Virus record (IMG/VR): IMGVR_UViG_3300008448_000600
Location: 1 to 24,779 of that record
Strand: one strand, 5' to 3'
Length of the DNA stretch: 24,779 nucleotides
Origin: a virus
Lineage: Duplodnaviria; Caudoviricetes
Position numbers and translations under genes: made by a program. Numbering within the stretch: position 1 is the stretch's first letter; each line of letters opens with the position of its first letter. Below, piece after piece: positions 1-9,321 of the stretch. The notes under the pieces are model-generated. The model was given only the letters and a program-made list of their open reading frames with translations, made no database searches and was not told where the DNA came from.

Positions 1-21
1 CATCCAGCTTATAAAGTTGGA

Positions 22-327
22 ATGTTTAAAAAGTGGGTATCTAATATTCCTAATATTTTAAGATTTTCAATTTCACATGCAGATCCTGGAGTTGAGGTTG
101 AATATGTAAAAGATTTTATTACGAGCCAAATTTATCGAAAGGCTTTTGAATACTTGGAAGAAATTAACTTTGAAAAACATAAACAAATAATACAAAATAA
201 TTTAGACCCTAAATTTAAGTTTGCCTTAGAGGCATGCATGAATCACTTTATATATACAGAAGAGTATGAAAAGTGTACTGTTTTGAAGAAATTTCAAGAC
301 TTATATAAAGAAAACTTGCCCTCATAA
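22..327 (+). CDS. Hypothetical protein with C-terminal UVR (UvrB/UvrC)-like motif; probably 5'-truncated by the window
   Basis: Frame is open back to base 1 (cat cca gct tat aaa gtt gga atg). C-terminal 'FIYTEEYEKCTVLKK' resembles the UVR motif. Confidence 0.6.
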   Translation: MFKKWVSNIPNILRFSISHADPGVEVEYVKDFITSQIYRKAFEYLEEINFEKHKQIIQNNLDPKFKFALEACMNHFIYTEEYEKCTVLKKFQDLYKENLPS

Positions 328-346
328 CTTCTTTCTTGTATATTTG
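315..346 (+). promoter_or_regulatory. Bacteroidota-type housekeeping-sigma promoter (-33 TTG / -7 TAnnTTTG)
   Basis: cTTG at 315-318, 20-nt spacer, TATATTTG at 339-346, an exact match to TAnnTTTG. Confidence 0.7.
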
Positions 347-444
347 GGCTACGGTTTAAGGAGCCATAAGTGAATAGAGGAATGAATGGGAAAAAGGGGA
401 AAATGGTACCCGGGGGTGATAATGAAACAATCAATTAAAATTAT

Positions 445-645
445 ATGAAAAATAGAGACTTAATGGAACGTAGATTAGATGTTATACTAGGTAATATCCA
501 ACGTTTAAAATTTATTGTACAAAGACAAGAACCTGTTGAAACCTACATGCAAGTTTTGGAACAACTCCAAGACCAAATTGAGGAATTTCAATCAATGGTT
601 AGAAGAGAACCTTTATCTCCTGAAGAAGGATTTGGATTATATTAA
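445..645 (+). CDS. Small helical/coiled-coil hypothetical protein
   Basis: 66-aa ORF with A-rich upstream context, genome-typical codons and heptad-like L/I/Q/E pattern. Confidence 0.75.
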   Translation: MKNRDLMERRLDVILGNIQRLKFIVQRQEPVETYMQVLEQLQDQIEEFQSMVRREPLSPEEGFGLY

Positions 646-660
646 TCCTTTTATTATATT
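631..660 (+). promoter_or_regulatory. Candidate host-sigma-type promoter (TTTG-N20-TATATT)
   Basis: TTTG at 631-634 and TATATT at 655-660, same geometry as the 315-346 site. It abuts the ATG at 661, so the real start may be ATG 667. Confidence 0.5.
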
Positions 661-1452
661 ATGGTTATGTTAACAGCTGAGAAGATTCAAGAAAATTGGG
701 AAATATTACTCAATATTATTGAGAATGAAATTTCTGGGGATAGAGGTTCTAGACTTTTAGAATTTTACAATCAATATTCTGAAAGATTAATTATGATGCC
801 TGCCGCACATAAAAAAGAATATCATAATGCATTCCCAGGCGGATATGTTGATCATGTTATCCGTGTTATTAATTGTGCTATAGAGTTACATAATTTATGG
901 GAAAAAATGGGAGCCGATTCCTCTACTTATACCCGTGAGGAATTAATCTTTTCAGCTCTAAATCATGATCTTGGTAAGATGGGGGATGAGGAACATGAAG
1001 CCTATATTCCCCAGACAGACCAATGGCGTAAGGATAAACTTGGAGAAGATTATATGTTTAATACCAAGGTATCTTTTGCTTCTGTTCCCGATAGAGGTTT
1101 ATATCTCCTTCAGTCTCATGGTATTCAGTATACCTTTAATGAAATGATCACCATTCAGACTCACGATGGTTTATATGATGAGGCAAATAAAAAGTATTTA
1201 ATGACTTACCTCCCAGAACAAAAACCCCGTACATCCCTTCCTTATATAGTACATCAGGCTGATTTGATGGCCGCTCGTATTGAATTTGAACAAGAGTGGT
1301 TATCTAAATTAAATAGTGATCAACCAACCAAAAAGACAAACTTTAATTTATCCAAATCAGATTCATCTAAAAAACAACCAACTAAACAAAAAGCACTTTC
1401 TAATGTTAAAAGTGAAGGACTTAAAGGTTTAATGGATGATTTTTTTAATTAA
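661..1452 (+). CDS. HD-domain metal-dependent phosphohydrolase (YhaM-like HD motif set)
   Basis: H-N-A-F-P-G-G-Y-V-D-H, HDLGK, IQTHDG and VHQAD motifs; basic low-complexity C-terminal tail. Start may be 667 (MLTAEK). Confidence 0.85.
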   Translation: MVMLTAEKIQENWEILLNIIENEISGDRGSRLLEFYNQYSERLIMMPAAHKKEYHNAFPGGYVDHVIRVINCAIELHNLWEKMGADSSTYTREELIFSALNHDLGKMGDEEHEAYIPQTDQWRKDKLGEDYMFNTKVSFASVPDRGLYLLQSHGIQYTFNEMITIQTHDGLYDEANKKYLMTYLPEQKPRTSLPYIVHQADLMAARIEFEQEWLSKLNSDQPTKKTNFNLSKSDSSKKQPTKQKALSNVKSEGLKGLMDDFFN

Positions 1453-1455
1453 TAT

Positions 1456-1728
1456 ATGATTATAATACTGTTAAATATTTTAGTAATTGTATCTTGTGTA
1501 TTCATTTATACAACAGTTAATTTATTGAAGAAAAACGAACAATTAGAGGATATTACTATTAAACAACAACAAATTTTAGATAATTTATCTCAAGATATTT
1601 TTTATTGTGAACAACGTATCCAAGAACTAGATACATTAGGTGCTTTTAAATCTGATGATGAAATTGGATGGTTTTTTAAAGAAGTAAAAAATATGTCTGA
1701 TAAATTAAAACAATACATTTTAAACTAA
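1456..1728 (+). CDS. Membrane-anchored coiled-coil hypothetical protein
   Basis: N-terminal hydrophobic stretch MIIILLNILVIVSCVFIYTTV followed by a Q/E-rich coiled coil. Confidence 0.75.
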   Translation: MIIILLNILVIVSCVFIYTTVNLLKKNEQLEDITIKQQQILDNLSQDIFYCEQRIQELDTLGAFKSDDEIGWFFKEVKNMSDKLKQYILN

Positions 1729-1729
1729 T

Positions 1730-2473
1730 ATGGCTAAAAAAGCAAAAAGTATACCTTACTTTACAAAGGACACTGAATTAGCTATAATGGAATATAATCA
1801 TTCTACTGATTTTGAACATCGTTCCCGATTATATAGAGATAAAATCCATTATGCTTTTTTTAAATTAACAGAAAATATCATCCATACTTTTAAATTCTAT
1901 CATACAGAAGTTGAAAATATTGAAGATCTACAACACGAGGTAATCACATTCCTACTCAGTAAAATTCACTTATTTGACCCTTCAAAAGGAGCTAAAGCAT
2001 ATTCTTATTTTGGAACTATTGCTAAACGTTATTTAATTTTCAATAATACTAAAAACTATAAAAAGAAAATTGAACATATTGATATTGATACTTTTAATTT
2101 TGATGGTGATAATGAAGGTAATTTTTCTAAATCATTAAGTAATGATCTTCAATATGATATTGAAATTTTAGAGGAAAAAGGAAATAGTTTAGATAAATTA
2201 TCTAGATTTATGGATAAATATTTAAAATATTGTGATGACAATTTATTCAAATTATTTCCAAAAGAAGAAGATTATAAAGTAGCAGATGCTGTTTTAGAAT
2301 TATTTCGTAAAAGAGAAAATTTAGATATCTTTAATAAAAAAGCTCTTTATATCTATATTCGTGAAATGGTTGAAGTTAAAACATCTCATATAACTAAAAT
2401 TTCTAAAAAATTACATGACATATTTAAAAATGGATATTGTTTTTATATAGAAAATGGTTATGTAAAGTTTTAA
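1730..2473 (+). CDS. Phage sigma factor, T4 gp55-like (late transcription)
   Basis: Sigma region-2-like segment 'EDLQHEVITFLLSKIHLFDPSKGAKAYSYFGTIAKRYLI' matches the FDP.K...aYF pattern of gp55/sigma-70 region 2; lies directly before the structural block. Confidence 0.75.
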   Translation: MAKKAKSIPYFTKDTELAIMEYNHSTDFEHRSRLYRDKIHYAFFKLTENIIHTFKFYHTEVENIEDLQHEVITFLLSKIHLFDPSKGAKAYSYFGTIAKRYLIFNNTKNYKKKIEHIDIDTFNFDGDNEGNFSKSLSNDLQYDIEILEEKGNSLDKLSRFMDKYLKYCDDNLFKLFPKEEDYKVADAVLELFRKRENLDIFNKKALYIYIREMVEVKTSHITKISKKLHDIFKNGYCFYIENGYVKF

Positions 2474-2481
2474 TTAACTTT

Positions 2482-2490
2482 ATATTTATA
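2482..2490 (+). promoter_or_regulatory. ATATTTATA motif, putative late promoter
   Basis: Intergenic, 13 nt before ATG 2504; a near-copy ATATTTATT at 2495-2503 abuts the ATG. Confidence 0.6.
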
Positions 2491-2503
2491 ACATATATTT
2501 ATT

Positions 2504-2848
2504 ATGTCTAATTTTGATGTAAATATCTTTGGAAAAAAATCATTTGCTGATTTAATGAAAGAGATATACGATAATTCTAAAAAGAAAGAAGCTCAAATTT
2601 CTGCCTTAATTTCTGAATTAAAACCTCTTATCAACGATATTGGTGATGCTACTTTGATTGTTCCATTAATTAAAGAATATATGGAAATTGGTGTTAAAAA
2701 CGATGAACATTTAATTAAATTAGCAGCCATTGTCCAAAGAGCAATGCAAAATTCTACAAATAATGCTGATGGTTCATTGGGTATTAGTGATGAAGAAAAA
2801 GCACAATTGTTGGCCGAAATAAATAAAATACAATCTCCTGAAAAATAA
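2504..2848 (+). CDS. Hypothetical helical protein
   Basis: 114-aa ORF coupled by TAATG overlap to the next gene; no recognisable catalytic motif. Confidence 0.8.
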   Translation: MSNFDVNIFGKKSFADLMKEIYDNSKKKEAQISALISELKPLINDIGDATLIVPLIKEYMEIGVKNDEHLIKLAAIVQRAMQNSTNNADGSLGISDEEKAQLLAEINKIQSPEK

Positions 2849-4005
2849 TGAATTATTCTCCTTCTGTAGTAATTGATGTTGTTTTAGATACAAACAATAA
2901 GTACTTTAGTACTGTAGGAGGTTATAACGGAATTGGAACTGTAGTTTATAAGGAAATAAAAGGTAATTCATATGGTGCTTTAGGATTTGCTAAATCTTAT
3001 TTCCCTAATATTACTAATTATCCTTTAAAAAACGAATTAATATACATCTTTCAATTACCTAATCCAGATGTCCAGAATAATGTAAATAGACAAAGTTCAT
3101 ATTATATATGTCCTATAAATATTTGGAATAGTCCTCACCATAATGCTATCCCTAATATATTTAATATATCTGATATTCCTGATTCACAAAAACAAGATTA
3201 TCAACAAACCGAAAGAGGATTAGTTAGAAGAGTACAAGATGGTTCTACTGAAATTGATTTAGGTAATACATTTACAGAACAATCAAATATAAAACCTTTA
3301 ACTAAATTTGAGGGTGATTTTATTATTGAAGGTAGATTTGGTAACTCTATTAGATTTGGTTCCACTGTTATAAGTGGGTCTCAACCATTAAATAATTGGT
3401 CAACCGGGTCTCAAAACGGTGACCCTATTACTATTTTAAGAAACGGACAAGATCCTAATGCAGGTAGTGTAGGATATTTACCTACTATAGAAAACCCAAG
3501 TACTGATCCAAGTTCAATCTATTTAACCTCTACTCAAAAATTAGGAATATCTTCACCATCATCTTATCCAAGTTATAAATCATCAAATGATGCTCCTATA
3601 GCTACTAACCAATATAATAAACCACAAATTTTAATTAAATCTGGACGATTAGTTTTAAATTCTAGTGATGATCATATATTGATGCGTTCTAATAAATCCA
3701 TTAATTTAAGTGCATTTACATCAATAAATTTAGAAACCGGAGGTGATATTATATTAGAATCTGATAAAGTGTATTTAGGTAGTAAAGATGCTACTGAAAA
3801 AGTTGTATTAGGAAATACATTGAAAACTCAATTAGATACTTTAATAACAGCATTAAATACATTTGCCACTATTTGTTCATCCCAAATATCACAACCTTCA
3901 GGAACACAATTGGCCGCTATTGTATCGGCTGCTGAATCTTTGAAAAATGCTTTAGGGAAAGTTAACACAAATAACATCTTGTCTGACGATATTTATACTA
4001 CATAA
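2848..4005 (+). CDS. Baseplate hub/central spike protein (gp5/VgrG/gpV-like)
   Basis: N-terminal OB-fold-like region (YPLKNELIYI), 'EGDFIIEGRFGNSIRFGS', short beta-strand repeats and 'KVYLG...VVLGNTL' C-terminus; upstream of gp25. Confidence 0.6.
   Translation: MNYSPSVVIDVVLDTNNKYFSTVGGYNGIGTVVYKEIKGNSYGALGFAKSYFPNITNYPLKNELIYIFQLPNPDVQNNVNRQSSYYICPINIWNSPHHNAIPNIFNISDIPDSQKQDYQQTERGLVRRVQDGSTEIDLGNTFTEQSNIKPLTKFEGDFIIEGRFGNSIRFGSTVISGSQPLNNWSTGSQNGDPITILRNGQDPNAGSVGYLPTIENPSTDPSSIYLTSTQKLGISSPSSYPSYKSSNDAPIATNQYNKPQILIKSGRLVLNSSDDHILMRSNKSINLSAFTSINLETGGDIILESDKVYLGSKDATEKVVLGNTLKTQLDTLITALNTFATICSSQISQPSGTQLAAIVSAAESLKNALGKVNTNNILSDDIYTT
3989..3997 (+). promoter_or_regulatory. ATATTTATA motif embedded in the 3' end of the upstream gene
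   Basis: Exact motif 7 nt before ATG 4005. Confidence 0.4.
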
Positions 4006-5018
4006 TGACTGAAAATTTTGATCAAATACGGAAAAGAAGACAAGAAAAAGCAGCTCAACGTGATAAGGAAAATGCTGAACTAACTAGAGAACAACAAAAT
4101 TTAAAAGTTGTTGAACAATCTGTACCTGAAAATCAAAAAGCTAAAGGATCAGCCAAGTTTGGTCAATTAATTCTAAAATTAGGATTAACAATATTTAACC
4201 AATTTCAACCCCAAATCATATCTTATATTAAAGATTTTGGACTGAAAAATGCTGATAAATTAGGAACAGATCCTGAGTTTTTAAATAAAATTCTAAGTGG
4301 TGAGATTGATCCTAAAACATTATTAGATATTTGTCCTTCTAAAGAAAAATTAGAACAAACCATTATTTTAAGAAATAGATTAACAAATAACTTAAACAAT
4401 GTTGGTAATAGATTAAATTCATTTAACGAATCATTAAATGCTCAATTAGTGGCCTATAATATTTCTCTAACATTATTAGAAACTTTAGACATAGCAAGTA
4501 AAGCAACCTCATTAGCCGCTAAATTCGTCCCTGCCCCTCCAGGCATACCTGGTGTAGTAACATCAACCTTAAATGATTTATTGGCAACCAAGTTATCACT
4601 TTTATTTACATCAGATGGTTCACCTAAATTATCTAAATTAAAAGCAATTTTTGATTCGGCTGCTATGCCTTTAACTATAACAAGCGGTTATATTAAAACA
4701 GCAGTTAATTTACTTAGTATATTAGATGTAATTATATTATTGTGTGATCCTAATGCTAATTTATTAGGTATTTCAAGTAGTTTAACAGATATAACTACTC
4801 AGTTAAATTCTACTAATAATGATAATACTTATAAAGGTTTTACATTTGAGATAGAGGAAGTACCATTTAATGAAAAATTAACTAGAAGAAGAGCAATTGG
4901 AATAAATAAAAGTGGTATTAAATTAATTGAAACACAATTATCTTTTACTACAGATAATCAAATCCTAATTGAGGAATTAAAATTAATAATTGATAGAGAT
5001 AATTTAAAAGCCGATTAA
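4005..5018 (+). CDS. Hypothetical protein in baseplate cluster
   Basis: 337-aa ORF with coiled-coil and hydrophobic helices; TAATG-coupled. Confidence 0.8.
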   Translation: MTENFDQIRKRRQEKAAQRDKENAELTREQQNLKVVEQSVPENQKAKGSAKFGQLILKLGLTIFNQFQPQIISYIKDFGLKNADKLGTDPEFLNKILSGEIDPKTLLDICPSKEKLEQTIILRNRLTNNLNNVGNRLNSFNESLNAQLVAYNISLTLLETLDIASKATSLAAKFVPAPPGIPGVVTSTLNDLLATKLSLLFTSDGSPKLSKLKAIFDSAAMPLTITSGYIKTAVNLLSILDVIILLCDPNANLLGISSSLTDITTQLNSTNNDNTYKGFTFEIEEVPFNEKLTRRRAIGINKSGIKLIETQLSFTTDNQILIEELKLIIDRDNLKAD

Positions 5019-5022
5019 ATAA

Positions 5023-5031
5023 ATATTTATA
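5023..5031 (+). promoter_or_regulatory. ATATTTATA motif, putative late promoter
   Basis: Within a 17-nt intergenic gap, 4 nt before ATG 5036. Confidence 0.65.
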
Positions 5032-5035
5032 CAAG

Positions 5036-5410
5036 ATGGATACTAAAGGTCTTAAAAAACTAATTAAAGAAGCCGTAAGAGAAGCAATTCAAGAAGAATT
5101 AAAAGATATTCTATTGGAGGTAGTACGTTCTCCTAAATTAACATTAGAGGGAACCCCTATTGGTAATAATGGATTTGGAGTTGTAAACGAATCAAAGATT
5201 ACTTCCCCCCCAGTAAATGATTTTTCTCAAAAAACAAGATCATTCTATTCACAAATGATGACCGACTTTACCCCAGGTGCTACAACAATATCTAAAACAA
5301 CAAGTGATGTTGGAACTTATATTCCTCGTTCTGTAGATGCTGCTAATGGTACTTTACCTGAAGGAAATGTAGGTTTGGATCAAATCATGGCCTTAATGAG
5401 CGCTAAATAA
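5036..5410 (+). CDS. Hypothetical protein, probably virion-associated
   Basis: N-terminal amphipathic helix with repeated IKE/VRE/IQE/LLE; located immediately before gp25. Confidence 0.8.
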   Translation: MDTKGLKKLIKEAVREAIQEELKDILLEVVRSPKLTLEGTPIGNNGFGVVNESKITSPPVNDFSQKTRSFYSQMMTDFTPGATTISKTTSDVGTYIPRSVDAANGTLPEGNVGLDQIMALMSAK

Positions 5411-5823
5411 TGGCATTTGGTGCAAAGAAAATATTCCCAATAGATCAAAACCCCCGTAAAGCCGTGGGTGTTGCTCTTCCTTTTAATGCACCTTCTGTTT
5501 TTGATTCTACTTTTATTACTAAAGATGCTATAAGAAATAATTTAATTAATTATTTACTTACTAACCCTGGAGAAAGACCATTAAATCCTTCTTTTGGAGC
5601 AGGAATAAGAAATTATATTTTTGAACAAATATTAAATGAAAATTTAGAAAATATAGCATTTAAAATCGAAAGTGATATAAACAAATATTTCCCCTCAGTT
5701 CAAGCTACAGTAAATATAATCCCTAATTATGATTATAATACCGTATTTATTGATATTAACTATTCTATAATTAATACGGGAATAACCGATAACATACAAA
5801 TAAATTTTAATAATGGCCAATAA
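5410..5823 (+). CDS. gp25: Baseplate wedge protein, gp25/GpW family
   Basis: 'AIRNNLINYLLTNPGERPLNPSFGAGIRNYIFE' is the gp25-family signature; typical size and position before gp6. Confidence 0.9.
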   Translation: MAFGAKKIFPIDQNPRKAVGVALPFNAPSVFDSTFITKDAIRNNLINYLLTNPGERPLNPSFGAGIRNYIFEQILNENLENIAFKIESDINKYFPSVQATVNIIPNYDYNTVFIDINYSIINTGITDNIQINFNNGQ

Positions 5824-7666
5824 TAAAGATATAAAATATTTTAATAGGGATTTTCAAGGATTAAAAAATCTTTTAATAGACTATACTAAAACCTATTTCC
5901 CTAATACTTACAATGACTTTAGTCCATCTTCTCCTGGAATGATGTTCATGGAAATGGCCTCTTATGTAGGTGATGTTTTATCTTTTTATTTAGATAACCA
6001 AATTCAAGAAACCTTTTTACAATATGCTAAACAATCTCAAAATATATACACGTTAGCATATATGATGGGATATAGACCAAAAGTTACTAAAGCATCAACA
6101 GTAAATATTGATATATATCAACAAGTTCCTTCTATATTAAGTGGTTCGGTATATGTACCTGATTTTAATTATACTTTACAATTTGCTGAAAATACTCAAA
6201 TAAGAACACTAAATAATACCTTCTTTCTTATTCAGGATAATGTAAATTTTACTTTTTCAAGTTCAACTGACCCTACAGAAACCACAGTATATCAAACATC
6301 AGGAGGTAATCCTCAATATTTCTTATTAAAGAAAACAAGACAAGCTATATCGGCTCAAGTAAAATCAACAACTTTTACATTTGGTACTCCTGAGGAATTT
6401 TCCACAGTAAACATTATCGACACTAATATTTTACAAGTATTAGATATAACCGATAGTGATGGAAATATTTGGTATGAAGTACCTTATTTAGGTCAAGAAA
6501 TGATATATGATAGTATTAGAAATACAAATACAAATGATCCTAATACTTATCAAGACACAGATGCCCCTTATTTATTAAGGTTAAGAAAAACACCAAGAAG
6601 ATTTGTTTCTCGTTTTACTTCAACAGGTAATCTCCAACTTCAATTTGGCTCAGGTACAACTGGAGATATTGATGAAATTATAGTTCCTAATTCAGATAAT
6701 GTAGGTTTAGGATTACCATATAAACAAAGTAAATTAACAACAGCATTTGATCCTACTAATTTCTTACAAACTGATACCTATGGTATTGCACCATCTAACA
6801 CAACATTGACCGTTAGATATTTAGTTGGTGGTGGAGTTACATCCAATATTGATGCTAATACTTTAACTCAAATTGTTAATTCATCAAATATTTCATTTAT
6901 TAATTCTAATTTAGATCCAACTACATCCAATTATATTTTTGGAACAGTAGCCATTACAAACCCTGAGGCCGCATCTGGTGGTTCTGATGGAGACACATTA
7001 GAGGAAATTAGACAAAACTCTTTAGTAACTTTTCAATCACAATTACGAAATGTTACCCCATCTGATTATTTGGTTCGTGCTTTGTCAATGCCTTCCAATT
7101 ATGGATCTGTTGCTAAAGCTTATACCGAGGCCGTTAAAATCGAAAATTTACAACCTGGTGAAACACCATCAGTTCTAGATTTATATGTTTTAGGGTATGA
7201 TGCTAATAAAAAATTAACAACTGTTTCCGATACAGTAAAAAACAATCTAAAAACATACCTAGCAGAATATAGAATGATAAACGATTCTGTTAGAATTAGA
7301 GATGGATTTGTTATTAATATAGGTGTTGATTTTGAAATTATCGTATTACCTAACTTTAATAGTAATGATATTTTAATAAACTGTATTAATACCTTACAAA
7401 CTTATTTCAATGTTGATAAATGGTCAATAAACCAACCAATTGTATTGCAAGATTTATATATTGAATTAAGTAAAGTTCAAGGTGTACAAACAGTAAAAAA
7501 TATACTAATAAATAACAAATCAGGAATTATAAATGGATATTCCCAATATGCTTATGATATTGAAGGTGCTACACAAAATGGTACTATATATCCATCTTTA
7601 GATCCTTCTATTTTTGAAATTAAGTATCCAAATAGCGATATCCAAGGAAGAGTAGTATCTTTCTAA
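5813..7666 (+). CDS. gp6: Baseplate wedge protein, T4 gp6 / baseplate-J family
   Basis: 'RDFQGLKNLL...YNDFSPSSPG...YVGDVLSFYLD' N-terminus, 'LQFGSG', 'VRYLVGGG', 'GGSDGDTLEEIR...VTPSDY' motifs. Confidence 0.88.
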   Translation: MANNKDIKYFNRDFQGLKNLLIDYTKTYFPNTYNDFSPSSPGMMFMEMASYVGDVLSFYLDNQIQETFLQYAKQSQNIYTLAYMMGYRPKVTKASTVNIDIYQQVPSILSGSVYVPDFNYTLQFAENTQIRTLNNTFFLIQDNVNFTFSSSTDPTETTVYQTSGGNPQYFLLKKTRQAISAQVKSTTFTFGTPEEFSTVNIIDTNILQVLDITDSDGNIWYEVPYLGQEMIYDSIRNTNTNDPNTYQDTDAPYLLRLRKTPRRFVSRFTSTGNLQLQFGSGTTGDIDEIIVPNSDNVGLGLPYKQSKLTTAFDPTNFLQTDTYGIAPSNTTLTVRYLVGGGVTSNIDANTLTQIVNSSNISFINSNLDPTTSNYIFGTVAITNPEAASGGSDGDTLEEIRQNSLVTFQSQLRNVTPSDYLVRALSMPSNYGSVAKAYTEAVKIENLQPGETPSVLDLYVLGYDANKKLTTVSDTVKNNLKTYLAEYRMINDSVRIRDGFVINIGVDFEIIVLPNFNSNDILINCINTLQTYFNVDKWSINQPIVLQDLYIELSKVQGVQTVKNILINNKSGIINGYSQYAYDIEGATQNGTIYPSLDPSIFEIKYPNSDIQGRVVSF

Positions 7667-7671
7667 AATCA

Positions 7672-7680
7672 ATATTTATA
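7672..7680 (+). promoter_or_regulatory. ATATTTATA motif, putative late promoter
   Basis: Within an 18-nt intergenic gap, 4 nt before ATG 7685. Confidence 0.65.
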
Positions 7681-7684
7681 ATAA

Positions 7685-8797
7685 ATGGCCGTTTATAAAA
7701 TTTTTCCTGAAAAGGATGCTACTCTGTATTCACAATATCCCTCTGAAAACACAGGGTTGGATGAGATCTTAGAATTATCAACAATAGCTGATAACCAAGT
7801 AGTATATTCTAGTCGTCCTTTATTACAATTCAATCAATCAGAAATTACTGATATAATCAATAACAAGATATCAGGTAAAACATGGCAAGCTAATTTAAGA
7901 TTATTTTTAGCATATGCCTCTAATATTCCCCTAAATTACACATTATATTGCTACCCAATATACAGTTCTTGGGTTATGGGAACTGGTCATTATCAAGATA
8001 GTCCTATAACCGATAATGGGGTTAGTTGGAAATTTACCCAAGAATCAGGATCAGGAACATGGTCTATTTTTCCTTATAATTCATATGTAACATCATCATA
8101 TCCTTCAAATAATATTGGTGGTGGTGATTGGTATTATGAATACCCAAATAAATCATTACCCTTTACTCAAACGTTTACATACGCAACTTCAAAAGATATA
8201 AACTTTAATGTAACGGATGCTGTTGATTTATTTGCTAGTGGATCTATTACTAATAATGGGTTTATAATTAAAAAAGATGATTCTATAGAATTTAGTTCTG
8301 GATCAGCATTTGAACTAAGATATTTTTCTGTTGATACACATACAATTTATCCTCCATGCTTAGAAATTAAATGGGATGATTTTTCTACAGTATTAACTGG
8401 ATCTCTTACCTCTAGTATATTAACTAATTCTAGTTTTAAACTAACATTACCTAATAACTCTGGTTATTTTTATAGTGGAAGTATAGCAAAAATTAGAGTA
8501 AATGCTCGTCCTGCTTATCCTCCTCGTACTTTCTCAACCTCATCCATATACACAACTAACTATTTTTTACCTACCTCATCTTATTGGGCTATTAAAGATC
8601 TAGATACAAATGAATATGTTGTAGATTTTGACAATACCTACACCAAAATAAGTGCAGATTCAACCAGTAATTATTTTACTGTTTATATGAATGGATTAGA
8701 ACCAGAAAGATATTATAAATTTTTAATAAAAACTATAATTGATGGTCAAACTGTAATTTCTGATGATAGTTATTATTTTAAGGTAATTAATGGATAA
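7685..8797 (+). CDS. Virion structural protein with DNRLRE/CBM-like beta-sandwich domain
   Basis: 'KDATLYSQYPSENTG...SRPLLQFN...ANLRL...FNVTDAV...NNGFIIK...PCLEIKW' follows the DNRLRE-like pattern; C-terminal beta-rich domain. Confidence 0.6.
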   Translation: MAVYKIFPEKDATLYSQYPSENTGLDEILELSTIADNQVVYSSRPLLQFNQSEITDIINNKISGKTWQANLRLFLAYASNIPLNYTLYCYPIYSSWVMGTGHYQDSPITDNGVSWKFTQESGSGTWSIFPYNSYVTSSYPSNNIGGGDWYYEYPNKSLPFTQTFTYATSKDINFNVTDAVDLFASGSITNNGFIIKKDDSIEFSSGSAFELRYFSVDTHTIYPPCLEIKWDDFSTVLTGSLTSSILTNSSFKLTLPNNSGYFYSGSIAKIRVNARPAYPPRTFSTSSIYTTNYFLPTSSYWAIKDLDTNEYVVDFDNTYTKISADSTSNYFTVYMNGLEPERYYKFLIKTIIDGQTVISDDSYYFKVING

Positions 8798-9321
8798 TGA
8801 GTGAAAAAATAATTATATCTAAAACAGGGTATAATAAATCCCAATTTGGACAGGTAGTTGATAATCAATTCACTCAACTTATTTCTTCTCCTACTGCATC
8901 TGTTGCTCAAACTATTGATGTAAATCAATTTTTTCAAGCATATGATAATTTATTTTTTCAAATTCCAAAATTAGGAGAAATTAACTCACACCAATACTTA
9001 ATTAATAAAAGTGGTAATTATATTGATGAAAATGTTGTAAGTGAAGAAGTACAAGCATTATTAGAAGAAATTAATCAACTTCGTCAAGAAAATTTGGAAT
9101 TACAAAGACAAGTTATTACCGTTCAAGCAGAAAGTGTAAATCCAACAGAACAATCAAATGCTAATTTAAATCAAATTGGTTCTACTACTAGAAAAAAACC
9201 TCAAGTTACCTCTACAGAAGCACCAACTGAAACATTACCCTCAGGAGGAAGTACACAACTTAAAGTAGGAGGAGCAAGACGTCCTACCCCAGAAAGATCA
9301 AGACCTCAAGTTAGACAATAA
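8797..9321 (+). CDS. Hypothetical protein with coiled coil and disordered basic tail
   Basis: 'EEVQALLEEINQLRQENLELQRQ' coiled coil; P/R/T-rich C-terminus; TAATG-coupled at both ends. Confidence 0.8.
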   Translation: MSEKIIISKTGYNKSQFGQVVDNQFTQLISSPTASVAQTIDVNQFFQAYDNLFFQIPKLGEINSHQYLINKSGNYIDENVVSEEVQALLEEINQLRQENLELQRQVITVQAESVNPTEQSNANLNQIGSTTRKKPQVTSTEAPTETLPSGGSTQLKVGGARRPTPERSRPQVRQ

